Positions 60,801 through 64,000 of a stretch of 64,000 nt of DNA are shown here, piece after piece. The position numbers were made by a program, and so were the translations under genes. The stretch comes from Asterias rubens. Taxonomy: Eukaryota. The notes below the pieces were generated by a model. It saw nothing but the letters and a program-made list of their open reading frames with translations, searched no databases and was not told where the DNA came from. The DNA lies in the NCBI RefSeq assembly GCF_902459465.1, contig NC_047073.1, positions 1,550,001 to 1,614,000 of the forward strand, given 5' to 3'. Every line of letters begins with the position of its first letter. Within the stretch, counting starts at the first letter, position 1.

Positions 60801-63800
60801 TGGAAATTAATAATAAAAAAATTTAAAAAATTAAAAAAATCCCAGCCAGCCAAAATGCTTGGGCCACCCATTCGCAACTTTACAATAACTATTCCCTGTC
60901 CACTTCCTCCGTGACAATAAATTTTCTCTCCCCCATCCCCGTGCTCAATGTTGAGCGAGCACCGAAAACCCCGCAATGCGAACCAACATTGAAAGGGTGC
61001 ATGGGGGGCTGTGGTGCAGGGGCCTAACGAGATATGGCCGGGGTTGTAGAAGTTTTGTTTGGGGGTTTTGCGGGCTTATTTCCACTGGTAGTGCCTACCT
61101 GATCAAGGAGTGTAGTCTTCTCCTGGAGTTTGGTCTCGTAATACTCTGTCAGCTCCTCAAGGGCTTGCTCCTTGGATTCCTCTGTCTCAGCCAGCTGCCT
61201 CTCATAGTCCTCTTGCATCTTCTGACTCTTAGACTGGAGCTCTTGGTACTTCTCATACTCTATCATCAACTTCTGGTTGTTGGCCGATTCTGCAAGTGTA
61301 AGGTATGGAAAGTTAAAAAAATGCTGCCTATGGCTTTCGTATTATGCTGAACATATACCATACAGATCATGGCCCAATTTCCACGGGTGAAATTGCGTGG
61401 TTTTCCTTCAATGCCGTGAACTCATACGTTGTGAACTCACACGGCTCGCAATTTGTGGAGTCAAAGTTTTGACTCTACAAAATTGCAAAGTAAAAGTTCG
61501 CAAAGTAAAAGGAAAACCACACAACTTTCAGCCATAAATTCATTTCATGACAAAAAATCTTTTCATGGAAAAACTCGCCCGATCCAAGGCAACATGTCCC
61601 TTAAAGTATAGTCATGATCAAAATCATAGGTTAAAATGTGTAAATGAAGGACAGCAATACAAAAAAATGTGTAAATGTGTAAACAAGAAAAAGAAAAAAA
61701 AGGGTAAATTATACCAGTACTATAATAAGATTTATTTCAAGAAGATTTTGTCGATGACTCACCAAGATCTTGGAGTTCCTTGTTCTGTTTCTCCATCTGC
61801 TCAGCGACTTCCTCCTCATGTTTGGCCTCCTCCTTGTCCTTCTCCGTCTTCAGGACCTGATTCTTGGTCTTCAAGGACTCCATCTCCTGGATGAACTTCT
61901 CTGTCAGTTCCTTGATCCTCTCGTTGTAGTTCATGTCCTTCAGACGTAGCTGGTACTCGTTCTCCATCTTGAGCTCTTCCACACGCTGCTTCAGCTCAGC
62001 CATCACAGTGTTCTGATGAAGTTGGTAAAGGGAAATTGTTAAGTTGGTTGTCTGTTCCCAGAGGTAAAAACAGCTGCTTACTTCATTAAGCGACAATTAT
62101 TTGATTGAAAGGATTGTTCTATCTTTCTTTGAGATTACATGAAAGTTGCCAATAGATGTCTTGTGTGCACATGGCTTGGCCACGCTTGAGCTTAGTGAGC
62201 TAAACACAGCTAATCTTTGATAAGAACCCAAACACTCTACCCGTGGGGTGTCGTGGCCGAGCGGATAAGAGCACCAAACTCAAGCTCTCTTGTTGCTGTT
62301 CAAGAGAGTGTGGGATCGAGTCCTGGTCGTGACACTGGTGTCCCTGAGCAAGACACTTAACTATAATTGCTTCTCTCCACCCAGGTGTAAATGGGTATCG
62401 TGCAGAGATGGTCCTTGTGATTTAGATTAGTAGCTCATATTTGTTGCACAGCACACAGACTGTACACTACCCAGGGAGCTGAGATGGTTTAAGGAATGAA
62501 TTAAACATTAAATGACAGTGACCAGGGCTGAATTTCATAAAGCTGTTAAGCAAAATAAATTGCCTGGCAAAATTCTTTGCAAAGCAAAACATGAGTGAGG
62601 TACCAGTTGCACCAATGTCAACTTTATGGAAATTTGGCTTGTTAACCAGTTTCTGTTTAAGAAGATTTTCTGTGCTTAGCAGATTTGTTTGCTTACAGGC
62701 TTTCATGAAATAGGAATTGCTTTGAGGTGCCCTTCAAGTGTGTAAGGCAATTCTAATTATTATTTTATCTTATTATTATTATTATCCCTTACCTTTTCCT
62801 CCAGATCTGACTTGGTGATGAGGATCTCCTCAGCATAGCCCACCTCCTTGTCCCTCTTAAGGCCACGCCCTTCCTTATCGCTAATCTTCCAGATCATGAG
62901 TACAGCATCCTCTGATGTAGTGATGAGGTACTGGTCATCGTAAGTGATTCGCATCTACAAATAAAAAGTAATACAAATAAAATAAAGAATGAAGTTTGCA
63001 CGACACAAAGCACAATGTCCACAGACTTACATCAAACTCCCACGGTTTGAAGATAATGATGGTAGAAAACTTCCCTTAGAATATTACTTGCTGAGTGATG
63101 TTTTCAGGAGAATCGTGTTAAATACCAGTACTGGTAAATATACCTGGGCCCAATTTCATGGCTATGCTTACCGCCGAATTCGGCGCTTACGATCACGCTT
63201 ACGTGCAAGCGCCGAATTTCTGTGCTAGCCTTGTAAGCCTAGAATGCCTAGTAACGTGGAGTAAGTACGCGCAGAAGCCAAAATTCGCCGCTAACCTGTG
63301 AAATTCACTTGCCGGGCACAGAACTCCCTGCTTCCGTAAGCACCGATTCTGAGCCATAAAATTGGGCCCAGTACTGGTATTAATGTGACTCTCCAGAAAA
63401 CATCGCTCTGTGATTTTTACTTTTTTAAGCTGAAACTTCTACAGGTAACTGTGGTAACAAGTAATATGCCTGCAATTTTTTTTCACAGAACTCAGGAAAG
63501 TATAGAGTATAAAGTGCCCAAACACACATCGATGTATATGGGTAAAACCAAACATAACATTCTTCATCCCCGATGCAATTTTAACTTCTAATTCTACAGG
63601 TAAATTATATTACAAACATCTTCATTCACAGTGAGTACGGGTTCATGTCATGGCCAAAAACATGATCTACAAAATGTATCAAAACCCTTTAAAATACAGC
63701 GGTCGGATCTCACCTATGATAGTCGTGCATGGCCCATACACAAGTGTTCACTTCCAGTCATTTGTACTCGAAAATTGTTGCATACGCGTGGTTAGTTTTT

Positions 63801-64000
63801 AAATTAAGATGAAAATTACAAAATATGGTCACAGGAAATAGAGAAAAAATTATGCAAGAGTTTTGACAGGACTAACTTCCTACCTTAGTAACAGCTGCTC
63901 CATGGCCCATGTGTTCCTGCCATTCCCCGGGAACAGTCAGGGGAAACTTAAGGGAGCGCAGAGTACCAGTGTTGGTACCGGCGAACAGCATACGTCCACT
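54859..64000 (-). CDS. CFAP57: Cilia- and flagella-associated protein 57 (WDR65), 3' part; 5' end lies beyond the window
   Basis: Exons (minus) >64000-63884, 62954-62793, 62012-61763, 61289-61099, 60379-60206, 59550-59392, 58410-58267, 57378-57262, 56615-56484, 55759-55616, 55173-54859 (stop). The last WD repeat ([19 protein letters not shown]; [15 protein letters not shown]) is followed by a coiled coil with [37 protein letters not shown] and [17 protein letters not shown], which I recognise as CFAP57. Confidence 0.93.
59142..59233. repeat. ~92-bp hairpin element in a CFAP57 intron (related copy 55397-55578)
   Basis: TATGGAAAGGTTTGCGGTAACACCATGTAATGACT.TCTCTAAA-loop-TTTAGAGA.AGTCATTACATGGTGTTACCGCAAACCTTTCCGTA. 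Confidence 0.85.
63144..63371. mobile_element. MITE with CTGGGCCCAATTT termini (CFAP57 intron)
   Basis: CTGGGCCCAATTTCATGGC ... GCCATAAAATTGGGCCCAG; related ends at ~54185 and ~61370. Confidence 0.75.

Overview
AT-rich, intron-rich animal genomic DNA, not prokaryotic. The gene and repeat content suggests an invertebrate deuterostome, possibly a sea star; this is an inference. I assembled exons by hand from GT-AG sites and reading-frame phase. Four protein-coding genes result. (1) A 9-exon minus-strand type I membrane scavenger receptor with 5 SRCR domains (CDS 14382->5144, ~705 aa). (2) A 32-exon plus-strand receptor protein tyrosine phosphatase, head-to-head with it (17402-38628, ~1470 aa). 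Its ectodomain is Tie/angiopoietin-receptor-like (Ig-Ig-EGF x4-FN3), followed by an apparently active D1 and a degenerate D2 domain. (3) An intronless secreted C-type lectin with a PAN/Apple-like domain (40630-41370). (4) The 3' 11 exons of CFAP57/WDR65 (minus strand, 64000->54859). Between (3) and (4) are strong minus-strand splice signals with no long ORF, a candidate lncRNA or decayed gene. Introns are packed with TTAA-flanked (Kolobok/T2-like) MITEs, tRNA-derived SINE-like elements, palindromes and local tandem repeats. The most unusual feature is three separate tandem duplications across splice junctions in the phosphatase gene: a 10-copy 112-bp array of the Ig2 acceptor plus exon start, a fully duplicated transmembrane exon with a 41-nt spacer, and a duplicated acceptor of a D1 exon. 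There is a 524-N assembly gap at 17587-18110. No CRISPR, rRNA, intact tRNA or transposase gene was found.
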